A stretch of 64,000 nt of DNA from Promethearchaeota archaeon (GTDB lineage Archaea > Asgardarchaeota > Lokiarchaeia > Sigyniarchaeales > SOKP01), in assembly GCA_030603385.1 (NCBI GenBank), contig JAUVXW010000018.1, forward strand, positions 8,499-72,498, read 5' to 3'. The notes under the pieces are model-generated. The model was not told the origin of the DNA and searched no databases. It saw only the letters and a program-made list of their open reading frames with translations. Shown here piece after piece: positions 48,401 through 56,309 of this stretch (position 1 is the stretch's first letter; each line of letters opens with the position of its first letter). A program made the translations under genes and the position numbers.

Positions 48401-50828
48401 CTTCATAGAACTCTCGCTCAACATGTTGGGTATAATCTCCTGCGGGAGGATCGGGGTCATCACACCTCCTTCTTGCATAATCTCGTTCTTCTTTTACTGA
48501 TATCGAAGCAATAAAACAGATTATTCCCCCTATGGCACCAATAACAGCACCGTAAGGTCCTCCAAACGTTCCAACTACACTACAAACTACGCTTGCTATA
48601 TCATAACCAATAAGATAGCCATGAAGTAGCCAAAATTCTGAGATATCAGATAGCTGTTGGGCACTTACCGTAGTAAAGATGGAAAAATCTAACTCAGTCT
48701 CATCAATAATATCTTTATATTGATTTTGAAAGATTGGTACAGAATTAATATCATAATAGAAATCACAGTAAAACGGATTTCCGTTGGTAAAAAAGTCAAC
48801 CTCATAGAAATTATACATATCGAAATTTTCTTGCATATAAAATATGTCACATACGTCCTTTATGAGCCCATAAGCATCAAATATTAATCCTACCCCACTT
48901 ATAAGCTTACCAAAACCACTCCCAATCCCTTTGATAAGTTCCTCAACACCAGATAGGGCTTTACCTAGTTCAACTACATCGTCAGCAAATCCAACCCAAT
49001 CGAAAATGTCCAGTAATATCGAGCCAATCGGGTCCCAATCGGGAGGGAAGACGGGATCATCTTTTATAGAAAATAAATTTCTGTATTCTTTTTCTGAGCA
49101 AGGGTCCACTATTACGTTGATATCATCTTCTCCATTAAAGCTTAGTCGATTAGGATTTCTTCCTTCTGTATGAGCTATATTAAATTGTAGATTCTGTGTC
49201 AATTTTAATGTTAATCTTGCTCTATTTATGAAGTTAATGCCCCAATCGATTTTTGTATATTGCGTTCGAGAATACTTGTAATACATTAGTAATGCCATTT
49301 TTTCATCTATCGGATTTTCCTTAACATTTTTAAAGCTAAATCTAATCTGTGGTCTCTCTGGTTTAATAACGCTAAATAAAGCTGTAGAATATACTTGCAT
49401 TTTCTTTTGATGTTCTAACGTAAGATTTATAGTAATGAATACTTTGTAATCACCATAGACATTTTGAAATTGACTTAATAATTCAGCAGATAAAAAGGGA
49501 GTCGACCATTTTATACTATGCTTATCAACGAGAAATTCATTAGGAACAAATGTCTGATCAATATAAGTCTTGCCACCAGCAGAGGAAATGAGCTCTGTTG
49601 CATAACTTATACAGTCTATATTTATTCTCTCCCCAAGTCCATTCACCATTTTTACTAAGAAAGCAACATCTTCTCCTTTATAAGGGTGATAGGTAATAAG
49701 AGGGTTTAATAAACTAGGATCATCTGGGTACTCGAATTCCATATCAAAACCATCAACAACAACCTCTTCTCCAATTATTCTTGCCACAGTAGTCCATTCA
49801 GTCCAATCAGACCAGAGTCGATCATTATCACGATCATTATCATAATCCTCAAACCTGCTACAAACTTCAATGGCTGAAAGTCCATGCTGAAGATATGATC
49901 TCCATCCTTTCATTGTATGAAAATTTCCCCAAAAACTTACCGTCCAATCATCTGCAGGTATTGTAAGAATATCAGTTTTTGTTAAGGTTCCATCTTCACC
50001 CCAAATGAGGTCAATAGGCGAAGGATATTCATAATCATAATAGGGGTATAACTTGAGCAGATCCCAAAACCGTTCAGGAAGATTATATAAAACATTACCA
50101 CTTCCATCTAAAAATTTATATCTCCGAAGATAAGTTCTAATTCCAGTAGAATCGTCATAGTTAAATTTAATTTTTAAATTTTGATCACATTCAGGAATTG
50201 GATTATCGTTTTTATCCTTGAAGATATATACTTTTTGATTGACTTTCTGATATTCTTCATCATATCTGAACTTTACATTAACACCTTTATAATCTGGGGC
50301 GGCTGCATCATCATCGAAAACTGTTATTGCTGCACTTTGCGATTCACGTACTTCACTTGTATGCCACAGGTCAGTCCACCCTATTTCTACCCGAAGATCA
50401 CAATCCCAAGGAGGGTTACTACTATAGGAGTCATAAAATAAACTTTCCTCGAATTCAAAGGTATAATCAAACCACTCTCCCCATACATTCCAAGCTGATT
50501 GTTTCCAGATCCAATCCCATTCTATATATAAAGCTTCACCTTCCGTTGTATGAATAAAAACCCCTACATATTTCCAGGTTGTGTCTGGTGATTTCAAATA
50601 GGCACGAACTTTTATTTTAAAATATCCATCTGTGATTATGTCGTCGTCATTCAAAATATCAAAATTCCAAGGGTCGATATTTGACGTTTTGGGTTGTTGT
50701 TCTTCCTCTACAATATCTCCTTTCTCTATTAAATCAATCTTTGGGACGTAAGAATTTGTAAGACACATACCAAATAAGACGACAAAAACTAAAGTTAAAC
50801 CTTTTATTTTTTTTATAAATGTTTTCAT
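45438..50828 (-). CDS. Giant secreted/surface protein (~1796 aa) with central Gly-rich hydrophobic helices, coiled coil and Asp-rich Ig-like repeats
   Basis: MKTFIKKIKGLTLVFVVLFGMCL signal-like N-terminus after GGTGA; repeats DDDxxPP...GxxDxxPG...D.ESG...DxDxDxxxDSL. Confidence 0.85.
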   Translation of the reverse strand: MKTFIKKIKGLTLVFVVLFGMCLTNSYVPKIDLIEKGDIVEEEQQPKTSNIDPWNFDILNDDDIITDGYFKIKVRAYLKSPDTTWKYVGVFIHTTEGEALYIEWDWIWKQSAWNVWGEWFDYTFEFEESLFYDSYSSNPPWDCDLRVEIGWTDLWHTSEVRESQSAAITVFDDDAAAPDYKGVNVKFRYDEEYQKVNQKVYIFKDKNDNPIPECDQNLKIKFNYDDSTGIRTYLRRYKFLDGSGNVLYNLPERFWDLLKLYPYYDYEYPSPIDLIWGEDGTLTKTDILTIPADDWTVSFWGNFHTMKGWRSYLQHGLSAIEVCSRFEDYDNDRDNDRLWSDWTEWTTVARIIGEEVVVDGFDMEFEYPDDPSLLNPLITYHPYKGEDVAFLVKMVNGLGERINIDCISYATELISSAGGKTYIDQTFVPNEFLVDKHSIKWSTPFLSAELLSQFQNVYGDYKVFITINLTLEHQKKMQVYSTALFSVIKPERPQIRFSFKNVKENPIDEKMALLMYYKYSRTQYTKIDWGINFINRARLTLKLTQNLQFNIAHTEGRNPNRLSFNGEDDINVIVDPCSEKEYRNLFSIKDDPVFPPDWDPIGSILLDIFDWVGFADDVVELGKALSGVEELIKGIGSGFGKLISGVGLIFDAYGLIKDVCDIFYMQENFDMYNFYEVDFFTNGNPFYCDFYYDINSVPIFQNQYKDIIDETELDFSIFTTVSAQQLSDISEFWLLHGYLIGYDIASVVCSVVGTFGGPYGAVIGAIGGIICFIASISVKEERDYARRRCDDPDPPAGDYTQHVEREFYEVTLPRKFEENPRYSLQIYLVQQTHANLTVEREAQQEIMRRMNAAEQDGEYGWQLFQMEDLIESRKREKEFFNNFMNNIKELNILFTEDFEDLDLTNQDFLDIESEIENNGISPELQDILGVTDPERLEEIENNVKYTSECNLFNLENPNEDSFLDYYKELNIETEELTQISNNAFEDELQNININYVDILILNGSIPTDLEESDLENLEDLKQELDGHINVKEWTQAIQVCDELIGLINELMIEISNHSHPTLLSYNNYANIKKYEAIENNYKYVLISSPEFSEIQRIEPNKEKLAKIYLELYNSTTPSTIELNVRDFDGSYQFLDEDGSEITQLMINPEEIHTVYLEYSCQTPDHYGAYSLDVIFKEVERDVISYRNIIVELIEDNDLTPPSISIEYKDGDKTDGLPGKWDIFAYDRESGINESKLKIFIDDNYIGNALGYYSVPNDIGTHTIRVEVWNNDTTAPEFAWSVASVSITDDDISYPEISYVYTGDGTDGNPGEIIVTAWDESGLSVDPSGGYSVPNSLGTHNFEFYATDNDTDNPDDSLTSSLSISITIYDDDTTPPEAVINYIGGGFDNNPGYFEWNVWDVDSGLSEIEVRITYSSTDGSEDFELAFPGSPTGKWDLPSNLGYYTLAIIARDKDDDRTLLVDSLTVEVSIYQEILDDDITPPELSNLIIIPDVFEINVSLNAIDLSEIGEMIIYVNGEVVEPISFIKQGTTYTFLITNNWLFQKGYSQLEVQVFDADNDRPNDSLMTIISGSFKNVLFDMYEHIDWQIEELKAYIEENLSCRKSRCLNWKLSKAQEHLAEAFTLVEKGEITCALYHNKIAKVFIQITEVRAEIYNRHCRISEELTDYIIVALHSIRNNIVILMGASTGIDEAYDIAYLEVDLLNLGDLINREIPYCSGRYLSWKVHCASKMLEKALFMSTKGEDIECLLKCTQWKLGHIISKINWDLNKGRVSEELANYLIEEITRIIDAIEQVIKD
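46100..47250 (-). repeat. Four tandem ~80-105 aa Asp-rich repeats within the giant protein
   Basis: Units start DNDLTPP (~47246), DDDISYP (~46967), DDDTTPP (~46724), DDDITPP (~46406). Confidence 0.8.
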
Positions 50829-51029
50829 TTCAATTTCACCAAAAATAGTTAGATAAAAATTATTCAATTAAGTATTTAACAGTTAAGTATTTAATATTTA
50901 CGAAAGAAAGTAATTATTTATAATAAGATTGGAAGGGCAATCAATCTTGTATATAGATTTTAAATCATTAAGGAGTTATTTTAACTCTCTTCCATTTTTT
51001 TTCTAAGTAATGAAATTGCAATGGCACTG

Positions 51030-51310
51030 CTTACTTGCTGTTTTTGGATAAAATCAATAAGGAGATGAGAAAGGTAAAAGATATTATGCGGTTAAATTAA
51101 CATTAAAGGGAGTCGCTTATGTTGAGACTGAATATGCTAAAGTAAATCCAAGTACTATTTTTAATAAAAATTCTACACCTATTTCTTTTTCTGATGAATT
51201 TACCCAAGACCTTAATAAAAACTTGAATACTCTATTTGAGAAATTTCCAGATCTCACCCAAAAAGAAATATTCTTAGTAATTTTAGAAAACTTTTTTTAT
51301 TTTTATGACT
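51030..51310 (+). pseudogene. Probable decayed winged-helix gene fragment
   Basis: Open frame from 51061 with no start at its beginning: GDEKGKRYYAVKLTLKGVAYVE (wing-like LT.KG motif). Confidence 0.4.
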
Positions 51311-51373
51311 TAGAGATCTTTATATATATTTTAAATTTTAAATTCTTAAAAAAACATAAAATCGTGAAAAAAT

Positions 51374-52948
51374 ATGTCAGGCGTTCCAATAATTATACTT
51401 AAAGAGGGAACAGAAGAAGTTCGTGAGAGAAAGGCTCGAAAACAAAATATATCGGCGATGGTTGCTATTGCTGAGGCTGTGCGATCTACACTCGGCCCAA
51501 AGGGTATGTCAAAAATGCTGGTTGATTCTATGGGTGATGTAACTATTACTAATGATGGTGCCGAGATTTTGAAGAATCTTGACATTGAAAATATTGCTGC
51601 GAATATGATGGTCAATGTAGCCAAGTCGATTGATGATGATATAGGGGATGGGACTACATCTGCTGTAATCTTTTCCGCCGCACTATTAGATAATGCTTTA
51701 GATTTAATTGAACAAGATATTCATCCAAAACCTATTACTCATGGATATAAACTAGCAGCTGATAAATCACTTGCAATTATCAAAGATATTGCTGAGACAA
51801 TTTCTGAAGATAGTGATGAAGTCCTTATGAATGCTGCAAAAACCGCTATGAATGCGAAAGATATCTCTCCATTAAAGGAATTTTTTGCAGGTTTGGCCTT
51901 AAAAGCAGTAAAACAAATAGCAGATGATGAAGGAAATACATTTGGTAAAGTAGCTAATGTAAAAATTGTAAAAGCTCCTGGAAAGTCTTTAAAAGACAGC
52001 AAGTTAATTAACGGGGTATATATCCAAAAAGAAAAAGTTAATACCATGATGCCTGAACTTATAAAGGATGCTAAGGTTGCAGTTTTGAGAAAAAAGCTCG
52101 ACGTGAAAAAAACCGAATTTGATGCTCAAGTTCGAATCACTAGCCCAACAGAGATTCAAAGGTTTCTTGACCAAGAGGAGAAAATTTTATTAGATTACAT
52201 GAAGATTTTCAAAGACCAAGGAGTTAACATGATTGTCAACAGTAGTGATATTTCCGATAAATTTGGTGCTTTTTTAGCCAAAGAGGGAATAGCAGCTATT
52301 AAGAATGTTGGCGAAAGTGACTATAAATCAATCTTAAAAGCAGTTGGTGCAAAATTAGTTGATGATTTAACCTCCTTGTCAGAAAATGATTTAGGATTTG
52401 CTGAAAAAGTAGTATTTGAAAAACTTGGCGATGATAATTACACTTTATTTTCAGGATGTAAAAACCCAAAATCTGTTTCTATTTTACTTAAAGGAGGTCT
52501 CGATAAGATTCTTAGCACTGCAGAAGTCTCTTTACATGATGTATTGTGTGTGATTAGTAAAATAATGGATACAAAGGCAGTCGTTGCTGGTGGTGGAGCA
52601 ATTTATATGGAACTCTCTAAAAGAATTAGAGCATATGCCAATGAAATTGGTGGAAAAGAACAACTTGCAGTTTCAGCTTTCGCTTTAGCACTTGAAGAAA
52701 TCCCTAAAACCTTGATTAGAAATGCGGGTCTGGAAGAAATTGAAAAGCTTACCGAACTAAGAGCAGCACACAAAACAGATAGTGACAAATGGGTAGGAAT
52801 TGATACAATTACAAATACAATTGAAGATAACTTCAAAAAAGGAATCATTGAACCAGCAGAATTATTAAATCATATTATAAAATCTGGGAGTGAATTGGCA
52901 AATCTTATCTTAAGAATTGACCGAATCATCAGTGCAAAAGGTACGTAA
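51374..52948 (+). CDS. Group II chaperonin (thermosome/CCT-like) subunit
   Basis: STLGPKGM.KMLVD, ITNDGA.IL, GDGTTS, VAGGGA, IIEP, ILRID. Confidence 0.96.
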   Translation: MSGVPIIILKEGTEEVRERKARKQNISAMVAIAEAVRSTLGPKGMSKMLVDSMGDVTITNDGAEILKNLDIENIAANMMVNVAKSIDDDIGDGTTSAVIFSAALLDNALDLIEQDIHPKPITHGYKLAADKSLAIIKDIAETISEDSDEVLMNAAKTAMNAKDISPLKEFFAGLALKAVKQIADDEGNTFGKVANVKIVKAPGKSLKDSKLINGVYIQKEKVNTMMPELIKDAKVAVLRKKLDVKKTEFDAQVRITSPTEIQRFLDQEEKILLDYMKIFKDQGVNMIVNSSDISDKFGAFLAKEGIAAIKNVGESDYKSILKAVGAKLVDDLTSLSENDLGFAEKVVFEKLGDDNYTLFSGCKNPKSVSILLKGGLDKILSTAEVSLHDVLCVISKIMDTKAVVAGGGAIYMELSKRIRAYANEIGGKEQLAVSAFALALEEIPKTLIRNAGLEEIEKLTELRAAHKTDSDKWVGIDTITNTIEDNFKKGIIEPAELLNHIIKSGSELANLILRIDRIISAKGT

Positions 52949-52973
52949 GAAGGCCAAATGTAATATTAGACTG

Positions 52974-53000
52974 TTTTTCTTTTTTTTTCTTATTTTTCTT
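52974..53000 (+). terminator. T-rich tract after the chaperonin gene, candidate terminator
   Basis: tttttctttttttttcttatttttctt about 25 nt after the stop. Confidence 0.5.
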
Positions 53001-53181
53001 TATTTGTTTTACATATAATCATGGTTTTGAAATTCTCAGTATAATTTTTATCTAAGATCGTCTTATTTTTCGCAAATTTTTATTTAAGACTTGAAAAAGT
53101 TAATATAGTTACATAATTTTCCTATAACACATTATACACTAATAGATATCAATATACAAGAACAGCTATACTGTTATCATA

Positions 53182-55059
53182 ATGCAGATCATTGATCAAG
53201 AAAATTTTGACAAATTAAGAGCATTAAATAATGAAAATGTTATAAAGATTGTAAATGAATTTGTCGAATTGTGTAGACCTTCTAAGGTTACTGTAATAAC
53301 AGATTCAATAGAAGATATAGAATATTGCAGACAAACAGCAATTAAGATTGGCGAGGAAGCGAAACTAGAGATTGAGGGACATACAATCCATTATGATGGA
53401 TTCTTCTCAATGTCAAATCACGACCAAGCAAGGGATAAGACAAATACAAAGGTATTAATTCCAAAAGGACAATACCATCCTCCTGCCATAAACACAGTTG
53501 AGAGAGAAGAAGGGCTTAAGGAAATTTTGGAAATTATGAAAGGATGTATGGAAGGTAATGAATGCCTAATCCGGTTTTTTTGCTTAGGCCCTAAAAATTC
53601 AAAGTTTTCAATCCTTGCCCTTCAGCTTACAGATTCTTTTTATGTAGCTCATTCAGAAGATCTCCTCTATAGAGCAGGTTATGAAGAATTTAAAAAATTG
53701 AATGGATCTGATGAATTCTTCTATTTTATTCATTCATCTGGAGAATTAATTGGAGATCCTCCAGTAACAAAAAACCTTGATAAGAGAAGAATTTATGTGG
53801 ATCTACAAGAAGGGCGTGTATTATCTGTTAATAATCAATATGCTGGAAATAGTCTTGGATTAAAAAAATTAGCTTTAAGATTGGCAATATATAAATCCAA
53901 TAATGAGGATTGGTTAACAGAACATTATTTTATTCTGGGTGTACACCCTAAAGGAAAAAATAGAGTTTCATATTTCTGTGGAGCCTTTCCAAGTGCTTGT
54001 GGTAAGACCAGTACAGCCATGTTGCCTGGTCAGACGATAGTGGGTGATGATATTGCCTATCTTCGCGTATGGGATGATGGATATGCTCATGCTGTAAACA
54101 TTGAGAGGGGAATTTTTGGTATTATCAAAGATGTTAATCCTAAAAATGACCCTGTTATTTTTGAAGCGTTAACAACTCCAAGAGAAACTATTTTTAGTAA
54201 TGTATTGGTAACTGAAGGTTCGCCTTATTGGATTGGTGATGGAAGATCAATCCCAGCAAAAGGTATTAATTTTTCAGGAGAATGGTATGTAGGTAGAATT
54301 GATGATGATGGAAAGGAAATCCCCCTTGCTCACCCTAATGCTCGATACACAATTCGGATTGAAGAATTAAGTAATGCTGATGAAAATTTGCACAATCCGG
54401 ATGGTGTTCCTATATCTGGAATATTTTATGGCGGACGGGACAGTGATACATTGCCACCTATCCTTGAAAGCCTAAGTTGGGAACATGGAGTTTTCTTAGG
54501 TGCTTCAATTGAATCAGAAACAACCTCTGCTACCTTAGGTGCTGAGGGTGTAAGACAAATAAACCCTATGTCTAACCATGATTTCTTAGTTATAAGTATG
54601 AGACAGTACCTCAAAAATCATTTCGACTTTGGTAAAAGGCTAAAAAGTTGCCCAAAAGTATTTGCAACAAATTATTTTCTCAAAGATAAGGCTGGAAAGT
54701 ATTTAAATGGAATTTTAGATAAACTTTGCTGGGTAATTTGGGCAGAAGGTCGAGTACAAGATGATTTTAAGGGTATAAAAACACCAATTGGCTATATACC
54801 TATATATACAGACTTAGAAATTTTATTTGAACAATATCTTGATATAGATTATAAAGAAGCAGATTATATTGAACAATTCTCTATTCGGACTAAAAAGCTT
54901 TTAGAAAAATTAGAGCGCATTGAATCCATGTATAAAAAAGAAGAAGATGTTCCACAATTTTTTTGGGATATGCTTAATGATCAGAGAAAAAGTTTGATCA
55001 ACCTAAAAAATGAGTATAATATGGAAGAAATTTCGCCTTTACTATTAAAAAAGTTATAA
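53182..55059 (+). CDS. pckG: Phosphoenolpyruvate carboxykinase (GTP)
   Basis: DQAR, YAGNSLGLKK, WLTEH, AFPSACGKTS, GDDIA, AHPNARY, YGGRD. Confidence 0.96.
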   Translation: MQIIDQENFDKLRALNNENVIKIVNEFVELCRPSKVTVITDSIEDIEYCRQTAIKIGEEAKLEIEGHTIHYDGFFSMSNHDQARDKTNTKVLIPKGQYHPPAINTVEREEGLKEILEIMKGCMEGNECLIRFFCLGPKNSKFSILALQLTDSFYVAHSEDLLYRAGYEEFKKLNGSDEFFYFIHSSGELIGDPPVTKNLDKRRIYVDLQEGRVLSVNNQYAGNSLGLKKLALRLAIYKSNNEDWLTEHYFILGVHPKGKNRVSYFCGAFPSACGKTSTAMLPGQTIVGDDIAYLRVWDDGYAHAVNIERGIFGIIKDVNPKNDPVIFEALTTPRETIFSNVLVTEGSPYWIGDGRSIPAKGINFSGEWYVGRIDDDGKEIPLAHPNARYTIRIEELSNADENLHNPDGVPISGIFYGGRDSDTLPPILESLSWEHGVFLGASIESETTSATLGAEGVRQINPMSNHDFLVISMRQYLKNHFDFGKRLKSCPKVFATNYFLKDKAGKYLNGILDKLCWVIWAEGRVQDDFKGIKTPIGYIPIYTDLEILFEQYLDIDYKEADYIEQFSIRTKKLLEKLERIESMYKKEEDVPQFFWDMLNDQRKSLINLKNEYNMEEISPLLLKKL

Positions 55060-55074
55060 GCTACAATAATTCAA

Positions 55075-55770
55075 TTAGGCTAAATACTTTAATCCACTTC
55101 TTACTTTATAGGTTTTTCTAACTCTATCCACCTCAATAAATCTCTTTATTTCAAGATTGTTTAGTAAATCCCTCATCTCAACACGGTCTTTCTTTAGTTC
55201 ATCTCCTAATCCTTGAATATCAGTTTCATGCGTTTTTAATATTTGTATAAGTGATGAATATTCTTCATAAATTACATTAACTAGATGCGTTATTGACTCT
55301 TTTATGTTCAATCCCGTTTTTGTACTTGTTGGAAAGATTTTACTTTTATCCGATAAATAATTTTGGGAATGAATTATTTCTGGAGGTCGAGCACCCTCTA
55401 TATCCTGCTTATTAGCTAGAAAAACAACAGGGGTGTTAGAAGGTAATAATTTTCTTATAGAATTTAATATTACAATTGCACTGTCATCCTTTTCAGGAGC
55501 TGCAGCATCAAAAATAAATATAATTCCATCTGAACCACTCGTGACAATATTCCTCATAATTGAAAATCTAAGAAGTCCTGGTGTGCCAAATAGATAACAA
55601 TCAAAACCATTTAATTTTATTGACCCTAAATCCATCCCAACTGTATAATACTTTTCATCTTTGCCTTTCGCTTCTACATTCAGTGCATTCTTATCTAAAG
55701 CTTTTATGTAACTTGATTTACCCGACTGTAATGGACCAGATACCAAAATTTTTATTATCGTTTCACCAAT
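55075..55770 (-). CDS. MglA-like small GTPase with C-terminal winged-helix-like domain
   Basis: IIKILVSGPLQSGKSS, TVGMDLG, LFGTPGL, ANKQD, ST; frame extends upstream of TTG 55746 to ATT 55770. Confidence 0.85.
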   Translation of the reverse strand: MGETIIKILVSGPLQSGKSSYIKALDKNALNVEAKGKDEKYYTVGMDLGSIKLNGFDCYLFGTPGLLRFSIMRNIVTSGSDGIIFIFDAAAPEKDDSAIVILNSIRKLLPSNTPVVFLANKQDIEGARPPEIIHSQNYLSDKSKIFPTSTKTGLNIKESITHLVNVIYEEYSSLIQILKTHETDIQGLGDELKKDRVEMRDLLNNLEIKRFIEVDRVRKTYKVRSGLKYLA

Positions 55771-55998
55771 TTTTTAATAATGCAAATGTAACTTAGATTT
55801 TACTTTTTTATTTATCTATTTAAAAGGATAATATACTTGGATAATATATTTTATTTATTAAATAGTTAATTTGTGGTTTAAATATTAATATCTTAACTTT
55901 CATTTCAAGTTTTTGCAAAAAATCAAATAGATATTTTGATGTATAAAGTGATTTCTAATTAATTTTGAAAAAGATCTTTTCCTATTTATTATTCAATT

Positions 55999-56195
55999 TT
56001 GACTTAATTTGACAGAAAAGTCTATCATTTAAGTATAAACTTGACAGTTTTATGATTTAATGAATTCAATAAAATTAGCAAAATCAATAAGATTCTCATA
56101 AAAAATTGATCTATAAGTCACTTTTTCCGAAAGAAATCAATATTATAATGTCTAAAATAGTCGATGTGCAAAAGCTTTATATAGAAATCTGTCGA
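55999..56195 (+). promoter_or_regulatory. hdr-met operon promoter: BRE/TATA-like element and periodic TTGAC-N6-GTCAA-like sites
   Basis: caaaagctttatata at ~56169-56183; TTGACAGAAAAGTCTA at 56009, TTGACAG at 56041, TTGATCTATAAGTCAC at 56106. Confidence 0.5.
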
Positions 56196-56309
56196 ATAAT
56201 ATCATTAAAAAATTCTATTTTTCAGATTTAATAGTAATTTTCTTATTGATTAGAATATTTCTAACAAATGGATTTTATTAGATAATTTAAAACAAAAAAT
56301 TGAAGAAAA

